A stretch of DNA of 64,000 nucleotides from Malacoraja senta (Eukaryota): positions 3,102,001 through 3,166,000 of the forward strand of contig CM075994.1 in NCBI GenBank assembly GCA_038087875.1. The letters run 5' to 3'. This document shows positions 1 to 15,000 of this stretch, piece after piece (the stretch's first letter is position 1; each line of letters opens with the position of its first letter). The notes beneath the pieces are model-generated. The model worked only from the letters and a program-made list of their open reading frames with translations, was not told the DNA's origin and made no database searches. The position numbers and the translations under genes were made by a program.

Positions 1-594
1 CACTGTCTAATAGCTTTCTCTATTTGAGTACAAACTTTAGCAAATAATAACGTGCAAATAATAACGTGCATTTAAACAATGGTTGTTAAAACCCATTTAT
101 GTAATGAAAAAATCAAAGCATGACTCTTAATCCATACAAAATCACACGCACATACTGGGTTATCATGATAGATCGCAAATGTCCAATAGGAGAGAACATC
201 GTTAGTCTCTCTTGCCTCTCTGTGCTTCCTGTACCGCTCACTTATGACATTAGACTCGACAAAGTAGTCCGCTCTTGTTCTGCTGTCTGTGCTGTGTGTG
301 TTTGTCCTCCCCGTGACCGCGTAGGTTTTCTCCGACATCTGCTTACGCTGTACTAAAATGTGATAGAAACCTGACTAAGCCGATCAATAGGAATAACAAA
401 TGTTCGTGATTTCGTATTTGAATAAACTACCAGCAATTTTGACGCTTACAGAAAATGTCTGGTAATATCTCCGACGTTTGATTTAAGTCAAACACTTCTC
501 TGGAAACAATAACGACCAATAAACAACATCAGAACAATATTGGTTTATGTTTAGCTTTGAGTTCTATATCTCCGTCCTCGACCAGGTCATTTTT

Positions 595-1400
595 CGTAAT
601 ACGACAAAAGGATCTCGATACAATGATTGAGTGGTCACAACAATGGGGCATGCAGTTCAACCTTTCCAAATGTGAAACCATGCGTGTCACCAGAAAGAGG
701 AATCCAGGGGAAACATCTTACAATATACTTGGTGCCACCCTTGAAGAATCCAAACAAACCAAGTATCTTGGTATCAAATTGCAGAATGATCTGCGTTGGA
801 ATGATCAGACTCATCATGCAACGGTGAAAGCAACAGGTGTCCTAAATTTTCAGAGGCGCAACTTTCATCATTGTTCAACTTCTGTCAAGGAGAAGCAATA
901 CTTCACCTAATTTGGACTACGCAGTTGCAGCATGGGCCCCATACACAAAGAAAAAAATTATTCCATCGAACGTGTCCAAAGACAGGCAGATCGATTTGTT
1001 ACTAACACCTATGAAAGAGAAGCGAGTGTTACCAAACTTCTGAATTCTCTGGGGTGGAACCCTCTCCAAGACAGTCGTGAAACTCACCGTTTGACCTGTT
1101 TTTACTAAATGTTAAATGGTCAGCTCAACATAGATTACAAGACCTACACCAAATCCAAACCAATTAGGAGCAATCGATCCAATTTGTGATTCCAGCTACC
1201 AAGACAGATGTGTACAGCAATTCGTTCTCCCCCCGCACAATTAAAGCATGGATAATCTCCACCCTACTATAGTTACCCAAACAGATGCAACAAAATTTCT
1301 TCCAAAAACCCATTCTTACTTAAGTCCTCCCTCCATCACCTCCAGTTTAAATTCCATTTTGAATATTTTGGAGGACCAAGAAACCAAGAACCAAGAAGTG
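595..1400 (+). mobile_element. 5'-truncated non-LTR retrotransposon (CR1/L2-group), RT C-terminus and 3' end
   Basis: DLDTMIEWSQQWGMQFNLSKC...KYLGIKLQNDLRW RT-thumb motif; disrupted; short AACCAAG repeat tail near 1375-1398. Confidence 0.75.
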
Positions 1401-2405
1401 GTGTAATCTGCAAACATGCACGGAGACTTGGATATGGTCGTATTGTCCTGATTGGAAAAGATTGTATAAGTATAGTAGTAAGAGATGAAGGGACCGAGAA
1501 GGCAATCCTTGCCGGGGCACCCCCCAATGCTCTGGCGGCCATTATTATGGCAGGGTTCTATTGTCACATATCCTCATTGCTTATAATCTATGGGTAAGAA
1601 AGTTGTGGATTCAATGTGTTATGTCATTGGTCCAGGTGTTTGGAGATGAGTTTGGATTATGGTATGATGTTGAGCGTGGAGCCGCAGTCGATAAATAGGA
1701 CTCCAACCTTGTTGTCTATGTATTCCAGGGATGAAGTTAAAACTAGGGAGATGGCATCGGCCTGGGGAACTTCTGCAACGCTAAGCAAACTGCAGTTGAT
1801 CAGTGCTGTCTGGCAGGCTGCATAAATATGTGGCATTATTGATTAAGAAGGACAGGCGATGTTTATTCAGGAATCATGCTGAAGATCCGTCGATAGCATG
1901 AATTTGTTCATTATTTAGCGTGGTTTTCATCTTGACGCTTTAGTCATATTTTATGAATTAGATGTCTTTGATCTCTGCTACATGGTCCACTCCCGATTTC
2001 GAAAACGCATAGATACATTATTAATGGTAATACGTTTAACTCCATTAGACAAGAGGATTGGTCGAGACAAGAAAAGTAAGAACAAACTGTCATTACATTC
2101 ATCATCGATTTTACTCCCTATACGTGAACACACTTCGGATTTACCCATCAATAAACGCTTTGCTGCAATAGCACGGGAGAGTAAGGGGTTGAAAACATCG
2201 GGTCACCTCGCATCCTTGCGGAATTTAAATTCTAGCACCTGGGTAGAAACACACAGAAAATTCAGGCGAAGGGTTATCTGTACCATTTGCACCAATTTGA
2301 GGCAATGGCAATGCTGACGGTCCATTGTGACTTAAATATTATTAATTAAGCCTACTGTTGTAAATGTTCTTATTCATCGTCTACTTCTCATATCCATCTA
2401 TATTT

Positions 2406-2689
<284 letters not shown>

Positions 2690-4032
2690 TTCTGCCTGCC
2701 TTGTGGGTGCCAGCCTTTGATTCGTTGCTACGCCAACACCACACGCAGAAACGCCGAGAATTTTTTCCATTTCGGTAGAGATTTTACTTTCATTCCAAGT
2801 ATCCACTCCTGATTAAATTTCGTCGTGTTTATGTGCACATTTTAAATAAAATCTCCACCCCAAAATCTCAAAATGTTTTAAAAGATCAAACCACTCTCAA
2901 CGATAGAATGTTGGTGAACGTTCCATCGTGTGATGTCACAATGCCCAATGCTCACAGATGTCCAATCGGAATGGATTCATTTACATATGTCTTTCCTCCA
3001 GCCCCAGCCCCCTCCCCCGCCTGATGTCGCAGCACGTTTCATTCTTGTGATGTCACAATGCCATCCCTCACAGATGGCCAATCGCAATCCAATCCATTTA
3101 CATATGTCTTTGCTCCAGCCCCAGCCCCGCCCCGCAGCCTGTTTCGAGGCGCGTGATCACGAGTGTGGGAATAGAGTGAGAGGAGTGGGGTGATTGGGAG
3201 TGGGGAATAGATGGACTGCCCCTACCCATTCCCTCTCCACTCTTTCCCCTCTCTCCCCCCCACCCCTTTCCCACTCGCTCAACACTCTACACCCTCCCTC
3301 CCACAACCCAATCTCCCTCCTCCCCTCCCCCACCTTCCCTCTCTCTCCCCTCCCCCATCGCTCTCACCCCCCCATCTCCATCTCCCTCTCCTCAACCCTC
3401 ACCCTCCCCCCCCTCCTCCCACCCCATCCCTCTCTCCCCCACACCCCTTCCCACTCTCACCAGCCCCCTTCCCTCTCTCCCCTGCCCTCCCCCTACCCCT
3501 CTGTCCCTCTTCCACCACTCCCTCTTCCACCCTCCACCCTCCCCTCCCCCACTCTTCCACTTCTCTCACCCTTCCCCCACCACTCTCCCTCCCCACCCCC
3601 TCTCCCTCCCACACACCTCTCTCTCCCCCACCCCCCCCCTCACCCTCCCCTCTCTCTCCCCATTCCTCCCCCCCCTACCCCTCTGTCCCTGTTCCACCAC
3701 TCCCGCTACCCCTGTCCCCCTCCCACCTCACTCTTCCACTTCTCACCCCCCTTCCACACCCCTCTCCCTCCCCACCTCTCTCCCTCCTCCCTCTCCTCCC
3801 CCCAACCTCCGTCTCTCCACCCACACCCTTCCCCTACCCTCCCTCCCTCTCTCCACCACCCACCTACCCACCTCCCCGTCCCTCTCTCTCACTTCCACCA
3901 CTCCCCCCTCTCCCCGCCTGTGTGTTTGGGGTGGTTAGTGTGAGCGTGACGCCGCAGGCCCCCCCCCCCCGCAAACGCGCGTTGGGGAAACAGACCCAAC
4001 GTGTCTGCACTTGGTCTAGTACTTATTAAAAC

Positions 4033-4518
<486 letters not shown>

Positions 4519-5119
4519 ATTTCGCCTTTGATTCACATCCCTCAGAAAACCCGTCGTCGAAACGTTGACATTTCCGGTAGAGATTTACCTATTGAAATTA
4601 CATATTCCGGAGAGATTTACCTCATGATTTCAAAAATCCCATCATCTGTAAATTTGGTTCATTATTTCCCAAGTATTTTACTAAATTGTTCACAAATCTG
4701 CGTTTCTTTCAAATCTAACCACTCGCCAGCTGATGACGTCGCAATGCCTTTTTCTCGTGGCCCAACCGGCTCTTGGCCAGCCCCCCCGGCTCTGGATTAA
4801 AGCAGCTGCTGACGACGCGCAGGCGCACTGTTTTGCACTAGTTACTTCAACAACCCGCCCCCACACCCCCCCCCCCGTTCTTCAAAAGGTGGCAGAAAAA
4901 ACGAGCAGGTTCTGCAGATCCGGAGGTATCCGGAGGTCACCGGAGGCCTCCGGCGCTCACCGGCGCTCACGAGCTTTTGAAAAAACTTTCTCCTCGCGGC
5001 CTGCGCAGCGAGTGAAGTCAAGCCCCTCCCCGCCCACAGCCTCCGCTTGCAAACGTTCCTATCTTGCTCCCCGCCCCCGTTGCTACGCGCTCCGTGTTTC
5101 CAGATAGTCGTGCACTGTA

Positions 5120-5700
<581 letters not shown>

Positions 5701-6007
5701 GTGTGTGGGGGGTGATGAGTGTGTGTGTGGCGCCGCAGCCCCCGCCCCCCGTAACCGCGCGTTGAGGGGACGGGACCCAACGGGTCCCCCTGGTCTTGTA
5801 AACTCAAATTTCACTGGCCTATAAGGATTTCTCGCGGGCATATGTTATAGTTGAAATTATTAAAACATCGGGATTTTGTTTTATTTTCAAAACATTGTTT
5901 GTGAAAACGAAATTTATATTCACGGTGAAAGTAAGATCCCTGTTCATACATGTACTGATTTGCAGCAATACTGACTTCCCTTTCTATTCTGCCATGGTGT
6001 ATTAAAG

Positions 6008-6031
6008 TGGAATCAGAAGCAAGAGATGACG
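6008..6031 (+). CDS. 24-nt micro-exon (VESEARDD)
   Basis: attaaag|tggaatcagaagcaagagatgacg|gtgggt; flanks are paralogous to those of the 9346 and 10645 exons; weaker AAG acceptor. Confidence 0.65.
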
Positions 6032-9000
6032 GTGGGTCTCATACGAGTGTTTCCATTACTTTTACATTATGAGCTACAGACAGAATGCCATACCGTTCGG
6101 TTCCTCATACACGCAAATGTAATCTCAATATTTACGTTCTATTTACTATATGACACCCAGCAGATGGACCGTTCCCCCAAGTTCTATATAGGCACAATTC
6201 GTTGCGGGCGTAGTGTGCAAGATTAATTCGCCAATTTTGGAATGTTTTATTCTCCGCAGGCTTGTAATACCCTGCCTCGCGTTTAGTGGAATATTGTAAC
6301 TCAGAAAGTCAAATCTGCTCCGCGTGACGGTCGCATTATTTTAAGACGCAGTAACATAATTATGCACCTAAACTGCAAAGCCACAATCCGGAAGTTATAT
6401 GTTCTATTTTCAACAGAGAATAATGACTGGAATTATAACGTAAACAATAGCTCATTCGCATTTCCGTTATTATGTCCCACTTCCATGTGTGGCCTAGCGT
6501 TTTCGGTTGTCCGGTGCAACGGAATTGAATGCAACATCTGCAAGTTTGCGGATGACAGGAAGCTGAGGGGCAGTGTTAGCTGTGAGGAGGATGCTAGGAG
6601 GCTGCAAGGTGACTTGGATAGGTTGGATGAGTGGGCAAATGCTTGGCACAAGCAGTATAATGTGGATAAATGTGAGGTGGTCCACTTTGGTGCCAAAAAC
6701 AGGAAAGTAGACTATTATCTGAATGGTGGCCGATTTAGAAAAGGGGAGATGCAACGAGACCTGGGTGTCATGGTACACCAGTCATTGAAAGTAGGCATGC
6801 AGGTGCAGCAGGCAGTGAAGAAAGCGAGTGGTATGTTAGCATTCATAACAAAATGATTTGAGTATAGGAGCAGGGAGGTTCTAGTGCAGTTGTACAGGGT
6901 CTTGGTGAGACCACCCCTGGAGTATTGCGTACAGTTTTGGTCTCCTAATCTGAGGAAAGACATTCTTGCCATAGAGGGAGTACAGAGAAGGTTCACCAGA
7001 CTGATTCCTGGCATGTCAGAACTTTCATATGAAGAAAGACTGGATAGACTCGGCTTGTACTCGCTAGAATTTAGAAGATTGAGGGGGGACCTTATAGAAA
7101 CTTACAACATTCTTAAGGGGTTGGACAGGCTAGATATAGCAAGATTGTTCCCGATGTTGGGGAAGTCCAGAACAAGGGGTCACATTTTAATGATAAGGGG
7201 GAAGTATTTTACGATCGAGATGAGAAAAACAATTTTCACACAGAGAGTGGTGAATCTCTGGAATTCTCTGCCACAGAAGGTAGTTGAGGCCAGTTCATTG
7301 GCTATATTTAAGAGGGAGTTAGATGTGGCCCTTGTTGCTAAGGGGATCAGGGGGCATGGAGAGAGGGCAGGTACGGGATACCGAGTAAGATGAATAGCCA
7401 TGATCATATTGAATGGCGTACTCCTGCACCTATTTTCTATTTTCTATGTTTCTCTGTTGCCTCATGACAGCGTCTTCTTCTTTAAAGCATAGTCGCTTTG
7501 CTGTAAAGTTAAATGAAGACTACATCCCATTTGAAAAGTAATCAAGACGTAAGGAGGAATACAAAATTATGCAAATATAATATTGGGCATGCTTCCTGAA
7601 AACGACCGTTGATTGAATTCAAACAAATTGATCAATATTATCTTATTAAACCATGGCTGGTGTAAAATTGAGGTCGGAATATAATGCATTCATCAACTCA
7701 TGACGGACTAGAACTATGTCAGAAGTTACCCAAGGGTTGAGCTCTAATTGAGGAATAATATGTCGGCGCCAGCCCTCCAAACTTACCAATGTTTCTCCGG
7801 GCAATATGTTAACACGGACGTATGATTGCCCACGAGGCACGTTGGACCACAACTCCGAGCAGACTTTAAGAATATATAACCGACTAGTTGCAGTGTTATA
7901 TTGACACTTAAATCCGAAGTATGGTGACGTTTTTGAAGTAAAATCGATGATGAATGTAATGTTCCTCTGTACTTGCTTTTCCTTTCACGACCAATACTGT
8001 CGTCTAACCGTCGTCGAGTTAAACGTATTTCCATTTTGGATCGTCACCTATATCATGGCAGAACACAAATGGTTCCTTTGGAATATACCTGACAGTCTTC
8101 TACTGCAAAACCCAGGCCCATTCGGATGATGTAATAAACACGATGTTGCGTGCGATCCAAAATTAACTCGGCAATGCTCGGTTTGGTTGAAAATTATATC
8201 CTCTATAGGGAGTATAGTTGGAGACCGACAATGCATCCTTGTGGCGCACCACAATTGAGAATTATTATGGTAGGTATCTTGTCACTAGCTTCACTGCTAG
8301 TTGTCTGTGGATCAGAACGTCGAGGATCCAGTCGTGGAGGGGGGGGTGTTACCTCTTAGGTCCAGGTGTTTAGAGATGAGTTTGGATTTGAATATTGTGT
8401 TGAAGGCGGAGGTGCAATCGATCTACAGGTGACCAACGTAAATGTTGTTGTTGTCGAGGTGTTGCAGAGATGAGGTTAAAATCAGGGAACTGGAGACTGG
8501 CCGTGGTCGATTTGCGACACAAAGCAAACAGCAGTTGACCAAGGCTGTCCTGCAGGCTGCAGAAATGTGCGGCATTATTGATAATGCACATTTGGCTATC
8601 GGCGTTTCTGCAGGATTCGTGCGGAGGACCCACGAGCATGAATGTGCTTATTATTTCAGGGCGGTTTTCATGTTCACTATTTATTCCATATTTATGATTT
8701 AAATATCATTGTTCCGTGACACATGCGCTGAACATATTTAGGTACTGGACGCGCACACGCGATATCAATAAAACGTCAGTGGTATATTGTTAATAAAAAA
8801 TATGTTTAACTGTTAAACGACAGTGTTGGCCATGACAGGAAATGCAAGTACTAAGGAGCATTATATTCATCATCGGTTTTACTTCCTTTACGTCACAACA
8901 CTTCGGAATAATTTATCAACAAATGCCTTGCTGCAATATCACGGAACAGTAAGGAATAGAATGCATCTGGTCACGTCGCATCCTTGCGGAATTTAAATTA

Positions 9001-12000
9001 TAGCACGTGGGTAGAAGCAAACTGAACAGTCCGACAAAGTGTGATTTTTACCCTTTCACCAAATTGCAGCAATCGCAATGCAGTTGGGTCAATTGCGACT
9101 TAAATATTATTATGCAAACCTGCAGCTGCGAATTTTTTTATTCATTTTCTAAATATAGACTGAACCATAAAATTTACTGGCGGAACATGTCATAATTACC
9201 ATTTCCGAAACAGTGTGTTTTGGATTTATTACGAAAACGTTTGGCAAACTAAAATCTGTGCTAAAATGTAAGGCCCCTGTTCATACCACTAGTTAATTGT
9301 AGAAATGCTGATTTGCCTTTCTCTTGTGCAACTGATTTTTTACAGAGGAAACAGAAACAATAGATGATGGTAAGTCTCATACGAGTGTTTCTATTGCTTT
9401 CACTTTGCTCGCAACAGGTATAATTGCATACCGTTAGTTTACTCTTACCTGCAGCTGAAATCACAATATATACATTCGAATTAATATATGACGCCTAACA
9501 GATGGACAGTTCCCCCAAGATGTAAATATGCAGAATTCACTTCCTGACATGAAGTGAAATATTGAATTGCTAATTTTGAAATGTTGTATTCGCCTCGGGA
9601 TTCGGGCTTGCAATAATATGTTTTTGCGCTTCCAAGCAAACTTCTGTTTATCCAGACTGTCTGGAGAGCTGCAGAAATGTGCGACATTCTTGATTATGTC
9701 GTTGAGGCTGTCGATGTGTCTTCAGGAATCGTGCTGTAGCATTACTTCATTACTCCAGGGCGGTTTTCATAATGACCGATATTTCGATATCTTGATTGCG
9801 CGACACATATGTTCAGCGTACCTCGGCCCCTCACGCACACTCGGGATCTCAAGAAACGTCAGTGGCAGATTGTTAATGGGAAATATATTTAAATCCGTTA
9901 GTGGACAGTTTTGGTCATGACAAGAAAAGTACAAAGCATCATTCATTTCATCATCGATTTTACTTCATTTATTTCATCACACCTAGGATTTATCAATCAA
10001 CTAATCTATGTGGGACCCGTAGGGTCCCACTCACCCGGTGATTAACCGCAAATATTAATAGCCGGTGCCGGATCAGGCTAGAAGATCAATCTGCTGATCT
10101 CACGATTTGTTAAACCTTCATAACTTTAGTAACCTTCCACCGATCGGAACAAAACTCGGTGCGCTTAGAGCAGAGGAGAACGGTGAGTAAGGTAGCGCGT
10201 AGTCCTAGCGATATACGGTAGAGTTTTGCTCAAATGTAAATACAACGCAGTACCGAAATGGTCAAGATGAGAGTTGTGGTAATATTATAGACAATTGCCT
10301 TGCTGCCATAAATCGGAATAGAAAGGGATAGAAAAAGTTCACCAAATTGCACCAATCGCAATGATATTTGGTCGGTAGCGACTTAAAAATTATAATCCAA
10401 ATCTACATCTGCAAAGTATCTTCTCCATTGACTAACTATATAGTCTAATTTGACTGAACTATAAAGTTTACTGGCGGACGCATGTCAGAAATAAAATTTT
10501 CAACATAGTTTTTTTTTCTTTTCTTACAAAAATGCTTTCACAAACTGAAATAGATGTTCACGGAGAAAGTAAGGTCCCTGTTCATACAAGTTGTGAATTA
10601 AAGCAATGTCGATTTCCTTTTGTCTTGTGCAATGGATTTTACAGCGAAAGCCGAAACAAAGAATGACGGTCAGTCTCGTACTCGTGTTTCCATTGTTTTC
10701 CATGACCAGCAACAGACAGAAGGGCATGCCGTTCGTTTACACTTACACTCAGCTGAAATCACACTATGTTCATTCGAATTAAGGTATGACACCCATCAGA
10801 TGAACAGTTCCCCCAAGGTGCAAATGTGCAGTATCCGCTTAAATATTATTATTTTATATTTAAGTTTCATTCGACGCGGGTTTCTAGCTTTTAAAATTCT
10901 GCAGGAAGGAATTGCAGTTGTTGGTTTGGAAGATAGGCACAGAATACTAGAGCATCTCAGCGAGACAGGCAGCATCTCTGGATATCGTATGAAGACCCGA
11001 GTAATCTGTGTTGCGTTCAGTGTCATTTGGGGCTCAGAGAGGCTGTGTTTATCTCAATCTTGTCCGCTCGACAGTCGTTTAATTTTATGACGCAGTATAA
11101 CAATTATTCAGGTAAATTGCAAAGGCACAATCCAGAGGTTATATGTTCTACTCTCACTAGAGTGTAATGACTGGAATTTAAATTGAAACATTCGCTCACT
11201 CGCATCTCCGTGATAATTTCCGACTTCCATTTATGGCCTAGCGCCGTCGGTGGCCCGCCTTAGTGTAGGACTGTCTGAGATGCTACTTCCATTTCAAGGA
11301 ACAATATTTAGGTATGCGCCGAGAGCACGCCCGTGGGCTCGTCGCAACTTGTTCTTATTTAAAGCATAGTCGATTGTCTGTATCCTAAAATTAAGATTAC
11401 ATTCCATTTGAAAAGTAATTACACATAAATTGAAATGAAAGAGTTTGTATATACGTTATTTTTTCTGAAAAAGACCGTTGATTCATTTCAAACAAAGTGA
11501 TCAATAATTTATTCTCAAGTCACGGCCTGCGTAAAACTGACGTCTGAAGATAATACGCCCATCCAGCACATGACGATCTCGCAATACGTCAATAGTTCAG
11601 CAACGATAGAGCTCAAAAAGAGGTTTCCGCTCTCAGGTTCACCAATGCTTCCATGTGCAATATGTTATCGCGGACGCTTTGATTACCCCCGAGATATGTT
11701 GGGACACAGCGACTAGTTCACTTGCCATCAGCCGAGCAGCGATAAAGAATATATAACCATATAACCATATAACCATAACAGCACGGAAACAGGCCATCTC
11801 GGCCCTTCAAGTCCGTGCCGAACTTTTTTTTTTTTTTTTTTTTTTTTTTGTTTTAATTAAAAATAAATACTACCCCTAGTCCCATCTACCTGCACTCAGA
11901 CCATAACCCTCCATTCCTTTCCCGTCCATATACCCATCCAATCTATTTTTAAAGGATAACATCGAACCTGCCTCCACCACTTCCACTGGAAGCTCATTCC

Positions 12001-15000
12001 ACACAGCTACCACTCTCTGAGTAAAGAAGTTCCCCCTAATGTTCCCCCTAAAGTTCTGTCCCTTAATTCTCAAGTCATGTCCCCTTGTTTGAATCTTCCC
12101 TGCACTCAATGAGAAAAGCTTTTCCACGTCCACTCTGTCTAACCCGCTCATAATTTTAAAGACCTCTATCAAGTCCCCTCTTAACCTTCTGCGCTACAAA
12201 GAATAAAGACCTAACTTGTTCAACCTTTCTCTGTAACTTAGTTGCTGAAACCCAGGCAACATTCTAGTAAATCTCCTCTGTACTCTCTCTATTTTGTTGA
12301 CATCCTTCCTATAATTAGGCGACCAAAATTGTACTCCATACTCCAGAATTGGCCTCACCAATGCCTTGTACAATTTTAACATTACATCCCAACTTCTATA
12401 TTCAATGCCCTGATTTATAAAGGCCAGCACACCAAAAGCTTTCTTTACCACCCTATCTACATGAGATTCCACCTTCAGGGAACTATGCACAGTTATTCCT
12501 AGATCGCTCTGTTCAACTGCATTCCTCAATTCGCTACCATTTACCGTGTACGTCCTATTTTGATTTGTCCTGCCGAGATGTGGCACCTCACATTTGTCAG
12601 CATTAAACTCCATCTGCCATCTTTCAGCCCACTCTTCCAAATGGCCTAAATCTCCCTGTAGACTTTGAAAATCTACTTCATTATCCATAACACCACCTAT
12701 CTTAGTATCATCTGCATCCTTACTAATCCAATTTTCCACACGATCATCCAGATCATTGATGTACATGACAAACAACAGTGGACCCAACACAGACCCCTGA
12801 GGCACCCCACCAGTCACCGGCCTCCAACCTGACAAACAGCCATCCACCATTACTCTCTGGCACCTCCCATTCAGCCACTGTTGAATCCATCTTGCTACTC
12901 CACCATTAATACCCAACAATTGAATCTTCTTAACCAACCTTCCATGAGGAACCTTGTCAAAGGCCTTACTGAAGTCCATATAGACAACATCCACTGCTTT
13001 ACCCTCATCAATTCCCCTAGTAACCTCTTCGAAAAATTCAAGAAGATTAGTCAAGCATGACCTTCCAGGCACAAATCCATGTTGACTGTTCCTAATCAGA
13101 CCCTGCTTATCCAGATGCTTATATATATTATCTTTAAGTATCCTTTCCATTAATTTTCCCACCACTGACGTCAAACTAACAGGTCTATAATTGCTAGGTT
13201 TACTCTTCGAACCCTTTTTCAACAACGGAACAACATGCGCAGTACGCCAATCCTCCGGCACTATTACCGTTTCTAATGACATTTGAAATATTTCTGTCAT
13301 ATCCCCTGCTATTTCTACACTAACTTCCCTCAATGTCCTAGGGAATATCCTGTCAGGACCTGGAGACTTATCCGTTTTCATATTTTTCAAAAGTGTCCGC
13401 ACCTCCTCTTCTTTGAATCTCACAGTTTCCATTGCTACTCTTCTTGTTTCCCTTACCTCACATAATTCCATATCCTTCTCCTTCGTGAATACCGAAGAAA
13501 AGAAATTGTTCAATATCTCCCCCATCTCTTTTGGCTCTGCAGATAGCTGTACACTCTGACTCTCTAATGGACCAATTTTATTCCTTGTTATCCTTTTGCT
13601 ATTAATATAGCTGTAGAAACCCTTTGGATTTACTTTCACCTTACTTGCCAAAGCAACCTCATATCTTCTTTTAGCTTTTCTAATTTCTTTCGTAATATTC
13701 TTTTTACATTCTTTATACTCCTCAAGCACCTCATTTACTCCATGATGTCTATAATTATTGTAGATCTCTCTCTTTTTCCGAACCAAGTGTCCAATTTCCC
13801 TTGAAAACCATGGCTCTTTCCATTTTTTACTATTTCCTTTCAACCGAACAGGGACATGAAGATTCTGTACTCTTAAAATTTCACCCTTAAATGTCCTCCA
13901 TTTTTCTTCTACATCCTTCCCATAAAACAACATGTCCCAATTCACTAATGTCCCAATTCACTCCTTTTAAATCCTTTCGCATCTCCTCAAAGTTAGCCTT
14001 TCTCCAAACAAAAATCTCAACCCTAGGTCCAGTTCTGACCCTCTCCATAATTATATTGAAACTAATGGTATTGTGATCACTGGACCCGAAGTGCTCCCCG
14101 ACGCATACCTCCGCCACCTGCCCTGTCTCACTTCCTAACAGGAGGTCCAGCACTGCCCCTTCTCTAGTAGGTACCTCTATGTATTGCTGCAAAAAACTAT
14201 CTTGCACACATTTTACAAACTCCAAACCATCCAGCCCTTTTACAGAATGTGTTTCCCAGTCTATGTGTGGAAAATTGAAATCTCCCACAATCACTACCTT
14301 GTGCTTAATACTAATATCTGCTATCTCCTTACATATTTGCTCTTCCAATTCTCGCTCCCCATTTGGCGGTCTATAATACACCCCTATAAGTGTTGATACA
14401 CCTTTCCGATTTCTCAGTTCCACCCAAATAGCCTCTCTAGTCGAGCCCTCTAATCTATCCTGCCAAAGCACTGCTGTAATATCTTCCTTGACAAGCAATG
14501 CAACACCCCCACCTCTTGCCCCTCCAATTCTATCACCCCTGAAGCAACGAAATCCTGGAATATTTATTTGCCAATCACAGCCCTCCTGCAACCATGTTTC
14601 ACTGATCGCCACAACATCATACTTCCAGGTGTCAATCCAGGCTATAAGCTCATCCACCTTTCTTACAATGCTCCTAGCATTAAAATATACACACTTAAGC
14701 AATCCACCACCACTTATTCTCTGTTTATTATCTTTTTCTTCTTTCTCCCCTACATTTTGGGTCCGAGTGCTTCCCTTCTCTGCCTCCTGCCTCCCACATT
14801 TTCCACTAGCTTTCTCTATTTGAGTCCCTCCCCCCAACCGTTCTAGTTTAAAGTCTCCCCAGTAGCCTTTGCAAATATCCCCGCCAGGATATTGGTCCCC
14901 CTCGGGTTCAAGTGCAACCCGTCCTTTCTGTACAGGTCACACCTTCCCAAAAAGAGGTCCCAATGATCCAGAAATTTGAATCCCTGCCCGCTGCACCAGT

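Noticed and set aside
172..206. Possible further exon with gttagtctc donor context like the 24-nt exons
   Set aside because: Available acceptors give 29 or 11 nt and the segment ends in C, so it does not fit the phase pattern; at best a diverged remnant.
12194..14837. Active reverse transcriptase or domesticated gene
   Set aside because: Ordinary CR1 ORF2 with a frameshift, a premature stop and YADD mutated to DADD.
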